Assembly: GCF_037042905.1 (NCBI RefSeq)
Contig: NC_087245.1
Location: forward strand, 8,124,001-8,188,000
DNA: 64,000 bases
Direction: 5' to 3'
Source of the DNA: Lytechinus pictus
Lineage: Eukaryota
Below, piece by piece: positions 48,500 through 61,847 of the stretch; the stretch's first letter is position 1; every line of letters begins with the position of its first letter. The position numbers were made by a program, and so were the translations under genes. A model generated the notes under the pieces. The model did no database searches. It was not told where the DNA came from and saw nothing but the letters and a program-made list of their open reading frames with translations.

Positions 48500-51400
48500 A
48501 TGGTGTTTTGCCAGGCCTACGGCTGCAACAACAGAACTGGAAAAAAGTGTGGAGGGAAATCTTTCCACCGATTTCCCAATCCCAAAACTAGACCGGACGT
48601 TTTCAAGAAATGGGCAGCAGCAGTGAAAGTAGAGAAATTTCTGCTAAAAAGCTACAAATGGACTCCAAATGACCAGATATGTAGCGATCATTTTGTGGAG
48701 TCCGACTACGAAGTCGATCTTCGTGCAAAATTGATGGGGACCAAACCGCGGGTTCTTCTAAAAGAAGACGCTGTTCCGTCGGTATTTTCATTTTCATCTT
48801 CATCGGGACCTTCGACATCATCAAGAGATGAGCGATCAGCTCAAGCAAGTTGTAAAGAGGTATGTTTTTCCCGTCTTTATTCCAAAAAGTACATGTTTTG
48901 TAGCTTGTTTGTGAAAAGTGAGTGCCATGGCCACGTGAGTTTTGCTTTGATTGCGTGTGTACAAATACGTCTTGTGGCGTAGTCTCTGCACATGCAGACC
49001 GCTGTTTGTTTGTTGATGTGAATGTCTCGCGATAAAACATCTATTTGTGATTTGATTTCACTTGTAAATTATGATAGTAAAAAAGGGTTACTGATGACGA
49101 TGAAAAGATCATGTAGCTGCCCCGACTTCTTTATTCAAATTGGTATGTTTCTTTAGATCTAGACCGCGCTTTGCTTGCACTTTTTGCAGCCATCGATCTA
49201 TTCTGACGACCGTGGTGGTGTTCCCTTGGACTTGCCATTCCCCATGACTAGCAGCCGCAGCCTTAGCTGCTGCATGCCTCGAATGTTCAGTGCGCTGTGC
49301 TCTCCCCCGACAGTATATGGCCATGATTCAGGGGCGGATCTAGGATTTGTCAAAGGGGGGGGGGGTGGGAAAAACGACAAGGGAAAAAAGAGGATTGGAA
49401 AATTTGGGGGGATTCTGTTTTATACTGTTATTTTTAATAGCGTTTTTACATTACAAATTTTAATTGTGCCTCTCAAAGGGCGGGGGGGGGGGGGCACGGG
49501 AAAGCTGTGCCCCCCTGGATCTGCCAGTGCCATGATGTGTGTGAAAGTCACAGTCCTACTTTTTTATTGTTTTGAAATTCGAAGGCTGCTAATTTTGCTA
49601 ACACTAACGCTACTACGGTACATGATTTGTATGACCTTCTTTCTTGGTATCATGTTTCCATTGGATTGGGCAGGCTAGAGGCAGTGTTGGAGACAGACAG
49701 TGCGTGTGCAAGGTCCTGTTTATCATAATATAGGAAAACAAAAAGTTTGAAAATAGAGTCTATCAGTTTTGACTTTGTTCTTGACTGATCAATTTTCCAT
49801 TGTGAGTGCTGTAGCCCCTGAATTAATCCACTTTGTTTGCTAATGCAGTTTATTTACAGATTAGCTTATCCTGGACCTGGTAGTGGTAGCTAAAGATTTT
49901 TGGTCTTTTTCTTTGCTCTTTTATTTTTATTCAATCATAAAAAACTTAGACTTAATTCATTATCATCTAGTCTTTAACCAAACGGCAAACGCCTGTTATT
50001 TTATTTATTTATTATTTACTTTGGAAGGTGGTTGGACTTTTTACACTAATATTTCATGCTTCCCATTGATGAATGCTGCCTAGTGGCAATGTCTTGTAAA
50101 GTGTGTGAATTGTAAAAAGCATTTGGACTAAGTTTATTTGGACCTGTATGTGAAGTGTTTTCAGGAAAACAAAGAAGTTTAATATTGATTTATCTCATTT
50201 GAATAAAACTCCTTTATATCGGAGGCACTCATAAGACATTTGGTACATTCATACTAATTTAAAAACCAAGCAATGAAAACAGCATAAAAACATCAATCCT
50301 TTTATAGACAGGGGTGTTTTAAAAAGAATGCTGTTCAAACAAAAAAAAGGCCTACTAGTTTTGGCATTGTTCTTGACTGGCGAACTGTCCATTGTGAGGG
50401 CTGAGGCTCCTGAATTAATCCACTTTGCTGCTTATACACATGAGCTTACCTTGGTAATCTAGATTATGGGTCTTTTGCTTTGCTTTGCTTTTTCTTAGAT
50501 TTATTAACATCTTAAAATTTTAGTCTAAAAAAATCATTGTATGAGGGTGGAGATGGCAAGGTCATCAGAGTATTTTCCCTCATTTATTTTTCTGTCAATT
50601 TTTGATACATGGAACTAACCAACTATGGCATTCTTTAATACCTGTACCTGATTGAATCATTTACTGATATATTTATTTGCAGTATCTTCGAACTGTTCTT
50701 GGAGAACGTCCTAGTGATCAAGGCGGTAAAGGCACACCTAAGACTGATAATGAATCCAATCATCCATGTACATCAACTTCTGATGATGTAAGCAAGCTTT
50801 CAATTTTCTTCCAACACTAGTGACAGATACTCAGAGAAACTACTTTCTAAAATTGCAATTCTTTTTTTGCCCATCATGTATAAGCACTACACAAAGTTGT
50901 CCTACAAATCAAGTAAAGTTTGTCCTATAGATCTTTGTAAACTGATTGTTTGATTGTCATTTTACCGATAAAGAATCAGAATGTGAGCACTTGTCAATTA
51001 GAAAATATTATGAAGTTATGCATTTATGTTAATTAATTCTGGTATTGGGGTAATTGGAACAATTCTGCTTGTGCTTAATGGTTGCAAATCATTTAGACAT
51101 TGTGTTGAGTGTATATATGGACTGCATTGTTTGCCATGACTTTAAATCAAAGCACTGTATGTACTTTCAAAATTATAAAGTTCAAGTCCTTGTATAGAAA
51201 CAAAAAGTTTATATTAAATGGTTGGAACTTGGAAGCAAACCTTGTGTGCTACCATACAGCGCTGGTTAATGATAATAAAATATTTCAGGCTTGCTTGAAA
51301 TTATAGTCAATACAGTAGCACGTATGTGCTTTTCTAGGTATAGCTAACAGAGGAAACAACATTTAGGACCAAACTATAAATAGACCGGCATTTTGCAATC

Positions 51401-54400
51401 TTCAATTGCTTATTACTCTTTAATTTCCTGAAAAATTGTTTGATATATATATTTGAAATTCTTTATAATTTTTTTTCAATTCTGTGAAATTTTACTTTCT
51501 TTTATGAGGTCTATACATGTTTGTCATGTAAAAATATCTTGGTAGATCTTTATTTTTCATTTCATTAACCACCAGCGTATATCAAGGACATCAAGTGAAA
51601 TGATTTCATGTGTTATATTGTACTACAGCTTGTTTTAAAATAGGGCTCTAGTATACAAAGTCATATTAGAATGCAGTTTACAAGACAGAAGAGTAGTTTT
51701 GGGGAGAAATATGAAATTAGAAGGAAAAAAACAAATGAATTCATTTGTGGTTTCTCCGCACATTTTTTTAAAAAACAAACTTAACATTTTGACTTACTAG
51801 ATATTCATTCACGTGTTAGGTTGTGATGAAGTAAAATAATACTCTGTCCATTTTTTGTTTTGTTTTTCTATACCTTATTTCTTAAAACTATTTCGTCCTC
51901 ACTTGCATTTCATTGTCACAAAACAATCTCTTTTCAGAAGTGTCAATTTGATTATCATGTTGTATCATTGCAAATTCACTATTACAGTCGGTGTTACCAA
52001 TGGAAGGAATTGAATCTGGTGGAGATGCTCCAAATGAAGAGACAACACAAAGCAGTAGTCAGGTATGTTTTCATTTTCGTCTCACCTGAACGAAGTTTGC
52101 CAGAGGCCCAGTGATCACTTTTTCTGTTGGTCTGTTACAAAAATGTTAAAGTTTTTGTTCAACTTGCTCTTGTTTCTTTATTTTTGCATCAATTATATTC
52201 ATAGTTTGCTTAAATGATCATTCAGTAATTGTGTGCTCATGAGAATAATGGGTCAGGGTCAAAGGCCATCTAGGGGGTCAAAAGGTTAACTTTTGTTCAA
52301 CTGATCCTTTGGTATTACCATGGAGCTATTAAACACAGATATAATAACAGATATAATAGCTCTATGGTATTACCACATATGTGTTCAGGAGGAAGAGGAG
52401 GTCAAAGGTCATCTATGGTTTTAAAAATCTAGTTGCAAATTTTTTCATTGATCGTGAAATCAGGGGAGAGTCTTGGTTCACAAACCTATTTAATAATGCA
52501 TAATTGCTGTGCAAGTAGTATGTCTTTTTTAGATGCATATATCAGAAAACGATCCATATATGCCCAAGAAGGGCTGTGAAGAGGCCTCATCAAGCAGTTC
52601 TTGGCTACTCGAAATAATTGAAACGGGCTTGACCTAGGTCACTAGTCATATCAGTTCTTTTGTCGAAAGCCACTACCTACTGGTTATTTCCATGTAGAAT
52701 AACTGACTAGTAAAAAAGAAATAATTAAAAATGAGGTCACTTTCAAAAAATTCCTGTTGCCCCTTGTAGAATTTTTAGCTCAGTAATGTTCTCATCCGTG
52801 TGTCTTGACTTTTAATACCATAATAGTGATTGATAAATATTTTTTTGTTTTGTTTCTAAAACAGTCGTTTCTACCAATTGAGGAGACAGTTTCAGATGGA
52901 GATGTACAGCCGAAACCAGAGACTCCACAGAGTTACTATCAAGTAAGAAGATCTGTTAATTCAACTCTTGTTTAACTTAAATAGTTCTAACATAAAAGAT
53001 CCATGGGAATCTTAGGTAAAGTATAAAAAAAAGGCATGCAGAATAATTGCATTCTCCATCAATGCTTCAATAGGAATGGATGATGTTAAAGTTCACTCAT
53101 GGATTTCATTATCTGACATTGTAAACACTTTTTTCAGTGACTCATATCTGTACTGCAAAACTTATTAGAGTACCAGTAAAAACAAGTTTAAATAGTTGAG
53201 TGCCAAAATATGAAAACATATTGAAAAAATATCACCCGAGACATTTCTTTGTTTATCACTTCACAGGGATCAGCTACTGGATTGACTACAGGTACTGAGC
53301 CAACACCTAAAAGGAGGAAAGGAAGTCGCAAAAGGAAAAGGAGTTCATCTAAGAAGGTATATTTCCATAGTAAACCTTTTTCATCAGTTATACTCTGTAA
53401 AGGGGAATCCATTTTTTTGGCCATAAGATTTTCTGTGAGAAGAGAGAGAGAAAAAAGAATGAGGAAAGTTTATGGGAAAAAAAAAACAGACAAGCAATAG
53501 CGAGATCATGGCTGATTTTAATGTTAGTTTCAAACTTAATAAGAGTATTACTACTAGAAGTGGTGGGGACAACTTTCATATAGACCATGTGCTCAATTAT
53601 CAGGGATTTGTGTTTTTTTCCTAAGTATGGCTGAGTATAGAGGTAGCATATTGTCCAATGTCATGGAAAGATATAATTTTAAGCAAAAATTATTGGAGAA
53701 AATGTTTTAACCATTATATTTATTAGACTAATTAAAAGACTTTTTTGTTTCCCTACATCACTGTAACCTCATCAATGTGGCAAATTAAAAAAATCATAAC
53801 TATCATTGTTTGTCAATTATTTCAAAAACTTATTTAATTATCTAATGTTTCCATTTCTCCTAAAAACAACTTTCTTTATTTAGGCTGAAATTCCCTTTAT
53901 ATGTAATGTTTTGTTGATCTTAATATGAGCTTGGGATCCTCTATTCATTAAAGTCTTTGATAATCTATTTTAGAATCAACCATTATTATATAGGTGAGGT
54001 AGAATTGGACTTGACAGCTGGGCTAAAGCTGGGTTAATGATTAAGCACAAAGAACATTGCATCATAATGCAATATATACATCATACAAAAATGTATTATT
54101 TCATTCTTTTTTGCAAATTATTCAAATACCATACCAAGGTCTGTAGGTTGGAGGTTACCGGTAATTGAATTGAAACAAAAATTGTTTTTTTTTCTCTTAT
54201 GTGAGACTCCCTTGCTATACTTATTAAATTTGTTATCATTTGTTGGGACTTTTATTCTTGTAAAACCTAATTTCTTAATACCCCTCATGTTTTTATCCAG
54301 AGGCAGAAATGCGTTGCAACATCTAACGCAACTACACAGACACTGTCATCTGGTCCACAACCAATGGAGGAGAAGATGTGTCAATGTCCGGATGATTTTT

Positions 54401-56262
54401 CCCATGTACGAAAGGACCATACTTATGCAGAAAGCTACCCTCGCATTCTAAAACCGGCCTTTGTGATGGTAGAGGTAGCGGAAGAGTCCCAAGCTTCAGA
54501 TTATGGAGGTGACTCTAGTCAGTCAGATAGTACTTCCCCTCAGCCTATACCTGATCTTACTGGACAAGATGAGTTCATGGTAGATACTTCTTCAACTGTG
54601 CCTACACCTGGTGTAACCATGCCAGATGACCCATGTCCTTCACCTGTATCATCTCAACATTCAGATTCATCCTCATCTTCGACTACAAGCTCTGTACCAA
54701 CATCTCCTTCACGTGGTGGACAGTCGTCTGACTCGTATAAACCATCTGATGAGTCGGATTCATCATCTTCAGAGGAAGAAAGAGAGCCTGATGAAATGAG
54801 ATACTGCATGGGGAAGAAATATGTGGTCTTTGATGAACAACTTAATGATCTGTTTTATAGACTTAAGTGTAAATCTTGTTCTGATGGCCACATTGCAGAA
54901 CTGAAAAAGTATACTGTAGGTACCATGCTGGTTGTTAATGTACTATGTGTGTGTGGTTCTCTTGTATACAGGTGGCAATCTCAACCAACCATTGGCAGGC
55001 AACCAGTTGGGAATCTATTGCTTTCTGCCTCCATCATGTTCACAGGCAAGACATATGAAGACTTCAAAGTACTGGCGGATCTTTTTAACCTACAGTTCAT
55101 GTCAGACACCACCTTCTATGACATCCACAACAAGATCCTCCTTCCTGTCATCCACACATTCTATACACAAGACGCCCATGAAGAACATAAGAATCGACCA
55201 CTCTCTATCTGTGGTGATGGGAGATGCGATTCACCAGGATACAATGCAAAATATTGCACTTACACGTGTATTGACCTTCAGTCAAATAAAATAATGGGCA
55301 TGTCGCTAGTTCATGTTAGCGAAGCAACAAGTTCCGTTGCCATGGAGAAAGTAGGTTGTAGGCGGGTATTAGACTTTCTTCTAGCATCATTGGATGTCAG
55401 TGTGTTTGCTACTGATCGGCATGCAAGCATTGCCAAAATGATGCGTGAGGTATTCCCCCAAGTGTGCCATCAATATGACATTTGGCATGTCACAAAATCA
55501 ATAAAGAAGAAACTCATCGAAAAGGCAAAACAAAAGGACAACGAAGTCCTGTGGCCTTGGACAAGGTCTATCACAAATCACCTGTGGTGGTCTACAGAAA
55601 ACTGTGATGAAGACGAAGTCATGCTGCGGGAGATGATCCAGTCAGTAACACACCACATCACTGACATCCATTCCTGGAATTCAGCTGAAAAGTTCCATGA
55701 ATGCGAACACGAGGAATTGACTCCAGAGGAAACAGAAGAAACAAAGTGGCTGGAACCAGGGTCAAAACCTCATGAAGCTGTCCAGAGTATCGTCTTCAAT
55801 CAACGATTAATGAAGGACACAAAGCAGATGACGAAGGCCTGCCATACTGGTGCGATAGAGTCCTATCATTCATTGTATCTCAAGTACTGCCCGAAACGCA
55901 AACACTTCTTCTACCCTGCCATGTTGGCCAGAGCAGAACTGGCAGTTCTTGACCATAACGCTAATACTGGCAGAGAGCAGGCAACCGTGAAGAGAGAAAG
56001 AACTGGAACTGCAAAGAAAGGGGCACTACGCTTTCGGTATGTGTGGTCAAAGTCCACCAAAGAGTGGGTTCTGAAGCGCATCCCAGAGGACAAGAACTAT
56101 GCATACCTTTGGGATATGCTTGTTGCAGTTCTACAAGTCAAGGCTGGTAACTTTGACCTTAAACAGCCGCAGTATCCAATCCTTCCTCAGAACATTGCAC
56201 CAATTCCACGTCCACCTCCTGAAGAACTCATAGAGCGGGCTACATCACGATTCAGCCATTGA
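48500..56262 (+). CDS. THAP-domain DDE transposase (Kolobok type), 6 exons, ~889 aa
   Basis: Exons 48500-48859, 50683-50787, 51988-52062, 52865-52942, 53267-53356, 54301-56262; all GT-AG, all phase 0, no stops. Exon 1 is a THAP domain (MVFCQAYGC..SFHRFP..W..ICSDHF..LKEDAVPSVF). The last exon has CKSC/CVCG Zn-ribbon pairs and catalytic-type motifs ICGDGRCDSPG, FATDRHASI, HQYDIWH, HTGAIESYHS..KYCPKR. The small internal exons are less certain than exons 1 and 6. Confidence 0.88.
49329..49529. mobile_element. hAT-like MITE in transposase intron 1
   Basis: CAGGGGCGGATCTAGG ... CCTGGATCTGCCAGTG with TSD CCATGATT/CCATGATG. Confidence 0.7.
52319..52366. mobile_element. 48-bp minimal P-like MITE in transposase intron 3
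   Basis: CATGGAGCTATTA ... TAATAGCTCTATG with 7-bp TSD GTATTAC. Confidence 0.65.
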
Positions 56263-59200
56263 TATCATGGACTTCAGGATGATACAATAATGAAGTGTTT
56301 CCAGCTTTCTATCAACCTACTTTATTAGATGACAAATGACAGTCTTTCATTCTTTTGACTTCGTGAGGCGAGTGATCGTTTACACATTTGCATGCTATTT
56401 GCACGTATGTCAGTTGCACACGTATCGGTGGAATTATGTAATATAGACATTTGATGAATCATACCAAATGAAAATGATATTCATCAACGAAACTGTTACT
56501 ATAGCAATATTGTGTTTTCCTACATTGCAGGAAACAGAAAGTAATCAACAGCTCATTAAGAACTTGAATATGACAAGACATTTCTAGTCTCGCCTTCATC
56601 TCTAGTGTTAAAAAAATGAATATACTTTTTAATTATACTTGTATTGATGTAAACAAAGCTTGTTTTGTTTGCCTAAGAAAGTGTATGCATTTTTTTGATA
56701 AAATAGAACTTCACTTTATATTACTATGATGTATTGCAATATTGAGGTGAAAAGTTAAATATAGTGTCCTGCTGGGTCTCAAAAATTAAACCTTAAGCCA
56801 AATGTCAGAAGAGAGAGAGAAAGAAAAAAAACATACAGTAGGCTTTCATCTTGATCGTGTATATCATACATTCATCTGTTCTATGTGAAAATAAATGCGA
56901 GATGGTTGAATCTAGATTTTCCACATGTATGCATTTCTTGACATTTTTTGAAATTACAATATTCAGCAGAATATGGTGACATTTGAGGACCACTTCCTGA
57001 TCACATCTTTATGTGGTGGTAAGGAATAGGTGGAAAAAAATTAGATTTATTTTCTAGCAAATCTAAAGGTCAAGTACTTGTATTTGTGAATCTGTAAAAT
57101 ACCAACAATGTACCAACAAACACTGTTTGTAAATTGATGTAACAAGGCAATGGGTCATCCCAGATGTTTCATGCATATTTTTTTCTCACCAGCACTGCAT
57201 GACTTTTGGTAGCTTCTTTCCGTCTTTATGATAATTTTTTTAATCAGATGATAAACCACATTTTGTTTTCGGAGATTACATATACTCAAACACACGATTT
57301 CTTGCACAATTATTGCTTTGGCATTAATTTATGATTAAAAACAATTATCCTGGACTTTTCTATGCTGAAGAAAATTGAACAGCTAATTTCTTTGCAAAAC
57401 AAATTGAAATACATCAGAAATAAAATTGATTTCAAAGACTTGTTTTCTTCATGGAATTTAAAGCATCATTTAGGGAATTAAAGCAAAATTTGAATTATTC
57501 ATAAAGTAAGAATAATATATTGTTGGCTGATTACATCATCTGTGTGAACTGTCTTTTGACGACCAAGGTCTCATGGGGGAGGGGGTGTTGAATGTGCCTT
57601 AAGGGAAACCTCAAAGGCACATCATGACTGTTTTTACCCTTCTATCTTTTGGAATGGTAGAATGGGATCAGGTTTAAATCCTATAAAGTACTCATGATTT
57701 CTTTAGGGGCTAGAGAGGAAGAAGGTTATACATTTTTTTGTATATACATGATCACATATTGTAGATACGTTGAGGAACGATACTGATTTAGAGTCACAAG
57801 TTAAGATTGGTCTCCAAATGAAATTGTTTCTCATTGGAAGCAGTCGCTGGATTAAAGCACTTTCACATTTGTTAAATATTTTTTAGACTTGATTCTGAGA
57901 ATACACATGTTTAGTGTATAATTAAACAGTTTGTTTTGACTTATACCTTTGAGATATAAGTGCAAGCAGAGTGAAGATGTTAGTCATTCAATGTGTGTTG
58001 CTTATCAAATTTATTATTTGTTTGTATATAAAATATTTACATGTTTTATTGATAGGGAGGAGATATTTTAATGACATCTATTAGCATAACTGGTCATTAA
58101 TTTGATACCTGGTATTCGTTTTTTGATAAAAATCAGACTCACATTGTCTGAGCATTTGCTTTGTATGTATTCCCTGAAGATATAAATGTACATGTAAATG
58201 GTGGTTTTATAGGGGATGGGCTGTGAGGGTCACATGACTCATTATCTGACCTTAATTTTATCCGTCTTGGAATTATGTTTCAACATTTTTCTTTCTGTAG
58301 TTTCCAGATGACAGGCATTGATGCACTTCAAAATAGTGCATTCTATCTGAGGTTCAGAGTTCCATTGCAGCATATGAAATGATATGTAAACAACTTTGTG
58401 GATAAAAGCATTAAATTATATCTGTTAATTAATTAACTGAATTGACATTATACATTTGTGATCTGTCATGGCAATCTTCATACGAGGGGGGAGGGGGTAG
58501 TCTATAATCTAGGCGGCGTCTTCAGTATTTTTCTTTGCCTCTTATGTACCCCAGTCTGGTACTTTTTCTCAAAATGTCAGTAAGATGCAGAAGACTATGC
58601 AAAGCAGCTGCAATGTAGCCACCTTTGAAGCCACTGTGCACAGTCTTCCATGTCACAAATATTGCTCATGTTGGTGTAGTTGTAAATATATACCTGCAGC
58701 CGTCCGCCACCTACATTATAGGATATGTGGTGGGGGAGTGTTATTTCAGAGGGGAAAAGAGGTAGCAGCATACATACAAATACACACATGCAGAGAGAGG
58801 GGGGAAGGGCCATATAAATGGATAGAGAGCAGAGAGAAGTTTGTGAGATTGAGAGGAGAAAGCAGTGACGAAAGTGAGATGAAAAGTGTGGTTTGATAGG
58901 GGAAAAATATTAATTTTTGAATAGTCTTTGTATACATCAACCTTTGATAAGTAGACAAAAACAAGCTTTTTCATCATCAGCTCTCCATAACATCTTGTAA
59001 TAAGGAAGCTTGTATGGAAAAGAAAAAATAACTGAATGTTTGAGATTAATTAGGCAAGTAGTCATGAACACATGAATATTGAAATCACCTATGATTTGGA
59101 GACACCCTCCCCCTTCCCCCTATTGGCAAGCAACCAAGAATTGTGATGTCACAGAAGCCTATTTGTACAGTGAAATATACACCAAGGCATCTGTTTCTGT

Positions 59201-59461
59201 TCATTCTAATGATACAACAAACTTTTGGTTGTATGTTATATGAAAATTCCATAACATCTTTTCATGGAAAAAGAAGAAGTCATGTTCTATGGATAGTCTT
59301 TTTAAGAATTAGAATTTAGAAAATGTGAGTAGAAAAGAAATTGGGAGTGACAAGTAGATAATGTACATGTTGGTCGAAATGTAAATGGGAGGATGTCCAC
59401 ATAAGTTATCTCAATATTCAAGTGCCTATAACTTTCATCGTATTTGTTTAATTTTGTTTAA

Positions 59462-59950
59462 AGGGCAAGTCCACCCCAACAAAAACTTGATTTGAATAAA
59501 AAGAAAAATTCAACAAGCATAACACTGAAAAATTCATCAAAATCGGATGTAAAATAAGACAGTTGTGACATTTAAACTTTCACTTCATTTCACAAAACAG
59601 TTATATGCACATCTCGGGTCAGTATGCAAATGAGGGAACTGATGACATCACTCACTCACTATTTTGTATTTTATTACATGAAATATGAAATATTTTGATT
59701 TTCTCGTCATTGTCATGTGAAATGAAGTTTCATTCCTCCCTGAACACGTGTAATTCCATATTTTAACATTTTGTGGTTTAATTCAAAAATTTAAATATTG
59801 TATAATTCAAACAATAAAAAACAAAAGAAATGGTGAGTGAGTGACATCGTCGACTCTCATTTGGATGTAACTGGCTTGTTCATATAACTATTTTGATAAA
59901 AATAAGCGAAACTTTGAAATGTCATAACTTTCTTATTTTACATCCTATCT
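59462..59950. mobile_element. Kolobok-type MITE (right-truncated) inside the autonomous Kolobok
   Basis: TTAA|AGGGCAAGTCCACCCCAACAAAAACTTGATTTGAATAAA..CATCAAAATCGGATG; same family as 15075-15611. Confidence 0.75.
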
Positions 59951-60119
59951 TTAATTGATTTGCTTCTTTTTTTGTGTGTTTTTAAAGATTCCATTCTCCT
60001 TAATGTCAAATTTGAAATTTTAGTCCAAAGTTGGGATTTGACTTTGGCAGATTCGCTTGTACTCCTTTCTCTCATGTTCTTACATGTATCACTCTTATTC
60101 CATACCATCAATTCTCCTT

Positions 60120-60340
60120 TCATGTCCATCCCTCATTGTGCTACCCTTTTCTACACTTTCCTCCCAGCCCCCCCCCCCTAGTCTTTACTTCACATCCATC
60201 CCTCATTGTTCTTCCCCTTTCCACACTCTTTCATACATCTTTCCTCCCCCTCTCTTTACTTCATATTCATCCCTCATTGTTCTAGCCCTTTCTACACTCT
60301 GTAATATCTCTTTCCTCCCCCTCTCTTTACTTCTGTCTCC
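60120..60340. repeat. Pyrimidine-rich tandem repeat, ~70-bp unit x3
   Basis: CATCCCTCATTGT..CCCTTT.TACACT recurs at ~60128, ~60197 and ~60268. Confidence 0.7.
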
Positions 60341-61847
60341 CTCCAGCTACATGTATCTCATTAATGTTCATCTCCTACTCCCTCTCATTCGTAAAAGATA
60401 TCCACGACATAGGATAAGGGAAAAGAGAACATGGAATGAGGTATATAAAGGCAAGGCAGTCAATTTGTGCTCAGTAGACTCTCATTCCATAATCTTCATG
60501 TCTATATCATTAACACTACATACATGTATAGTTTGTATACATGACACTTCACACCATTGATATCATGTTTGGATTGAGAATCAGATTTAATATTCACTAT
60601 TTTCTTATAACTGAAAACCAATACAATACATGTAGGTACATGTACAAGTGAAATCATATAAAATGAGATATAAGAATTTCTCATCAGGGAGCTACATGTA
60701 ATATACAGTAATCATCAATTGCAGTTATTTAAGATAGGACCAGACATGAGAATTGTGCAATAAAAAAATAAAAAAATCAGAATCAGGAAAATTTCTGTGA
60801 CTCAATCTTTACTGCAAAACCCATGATTAAACTAAAGAAACAAACCAAAATGAAAATACAGCAACTGTAAATTAAATATAACAGTGGTTATTTAAATGTA
60901 CACCTCAAGCTTGAGAAAGTCCAGCATTATCAAAGGAAAAATGCCTTGTTGGTACTGTTTAGAAAAGTTGCCTCATAGTTTCACTTTTTACAAATAATTT
61001 CATACCTTAAAATGTAAAGCCATACTTAATATATCATACTTTTTTTAAAGCATGTTGTTCTTTGAATCTAATAAATTAACCGATTGACAGATAAGTGAAG
61101 GATGAACAGTGTTATTACTTCTGTACAAGTCTCATAGATAGATTTATCTCCACACTCGTATTATCTTCAACACTAATTCATGAGTCTGTTCATGTATAAG
61201 ATCATTTATTTTCCAATTAAAATCACTAATGTTTATATTTCATTACAATCACAGGTATGATTTGAAACTTGAAAGTACGCTTCTATATATAAAAAAAAAA
61301 TCTCTTCACGGGTTATACATGTAAGCAATCTTCTGTAATCTGAAAAACAGACAGGCAACATGTGAATGCGACATACATAAATCATAAAATAACATTACTT
61401 CAAAGTTCAATGTCGATGCTTATACATGTACTTAGTAAATATTAACAGTGTAAACAAATTACAGACACATGTGATGGAACCCAGTGTCTCATTTTGTTCT
61501 ACAAAATTTGTACCACGTAGTAGCAGATAGCATTCTTTCAAGTAAAAAGTGAAACAAAACACTAGAAAGTAATAAATATCTACAAATATCCATATTGAAA
61601 GAAAGTGCATGTTTGAACACAGACAGAAATTCTTCACATAAAATATCATTTCTAATGCATTGTATACATGCAGGTACCACCTGAGAAGGGGTGTTTCACA
61701 AAAATGTAAGTCTCAACTTAGGGTTGTACCAAAGTGCACAGTCGCATGTGTAAATAAAGAAATCATTGCATCGATAAAGGAAAAAAAAAATCATGCTACG
61801 GTAAGAGAATATCATGCTACTGTACGTATACGAGTCCATCCACTTTT

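Noticed and set aside
48392..48982. Stand-alone 196-aa THAP gene as given in the ORF track
   Set aside because: THAP domains begin at the N-terminus (ATG 48500), and a GTATGT donor at 48860 links in frame to the downstream transposase exons.
54932..56093. Overlapping alternative-frame ORFs in the transposase exon (also 62859-63341 opposite the KolX-like gene)
   Set aside because: Shadow ORFs of real coding sequence with no recognisable motifs.
56263..61847. Third cargo gene in the Kolobok spacer
   Set aside because: Only short ORFs and isolated splice-like signals; no coherent exon chain or protein motif.
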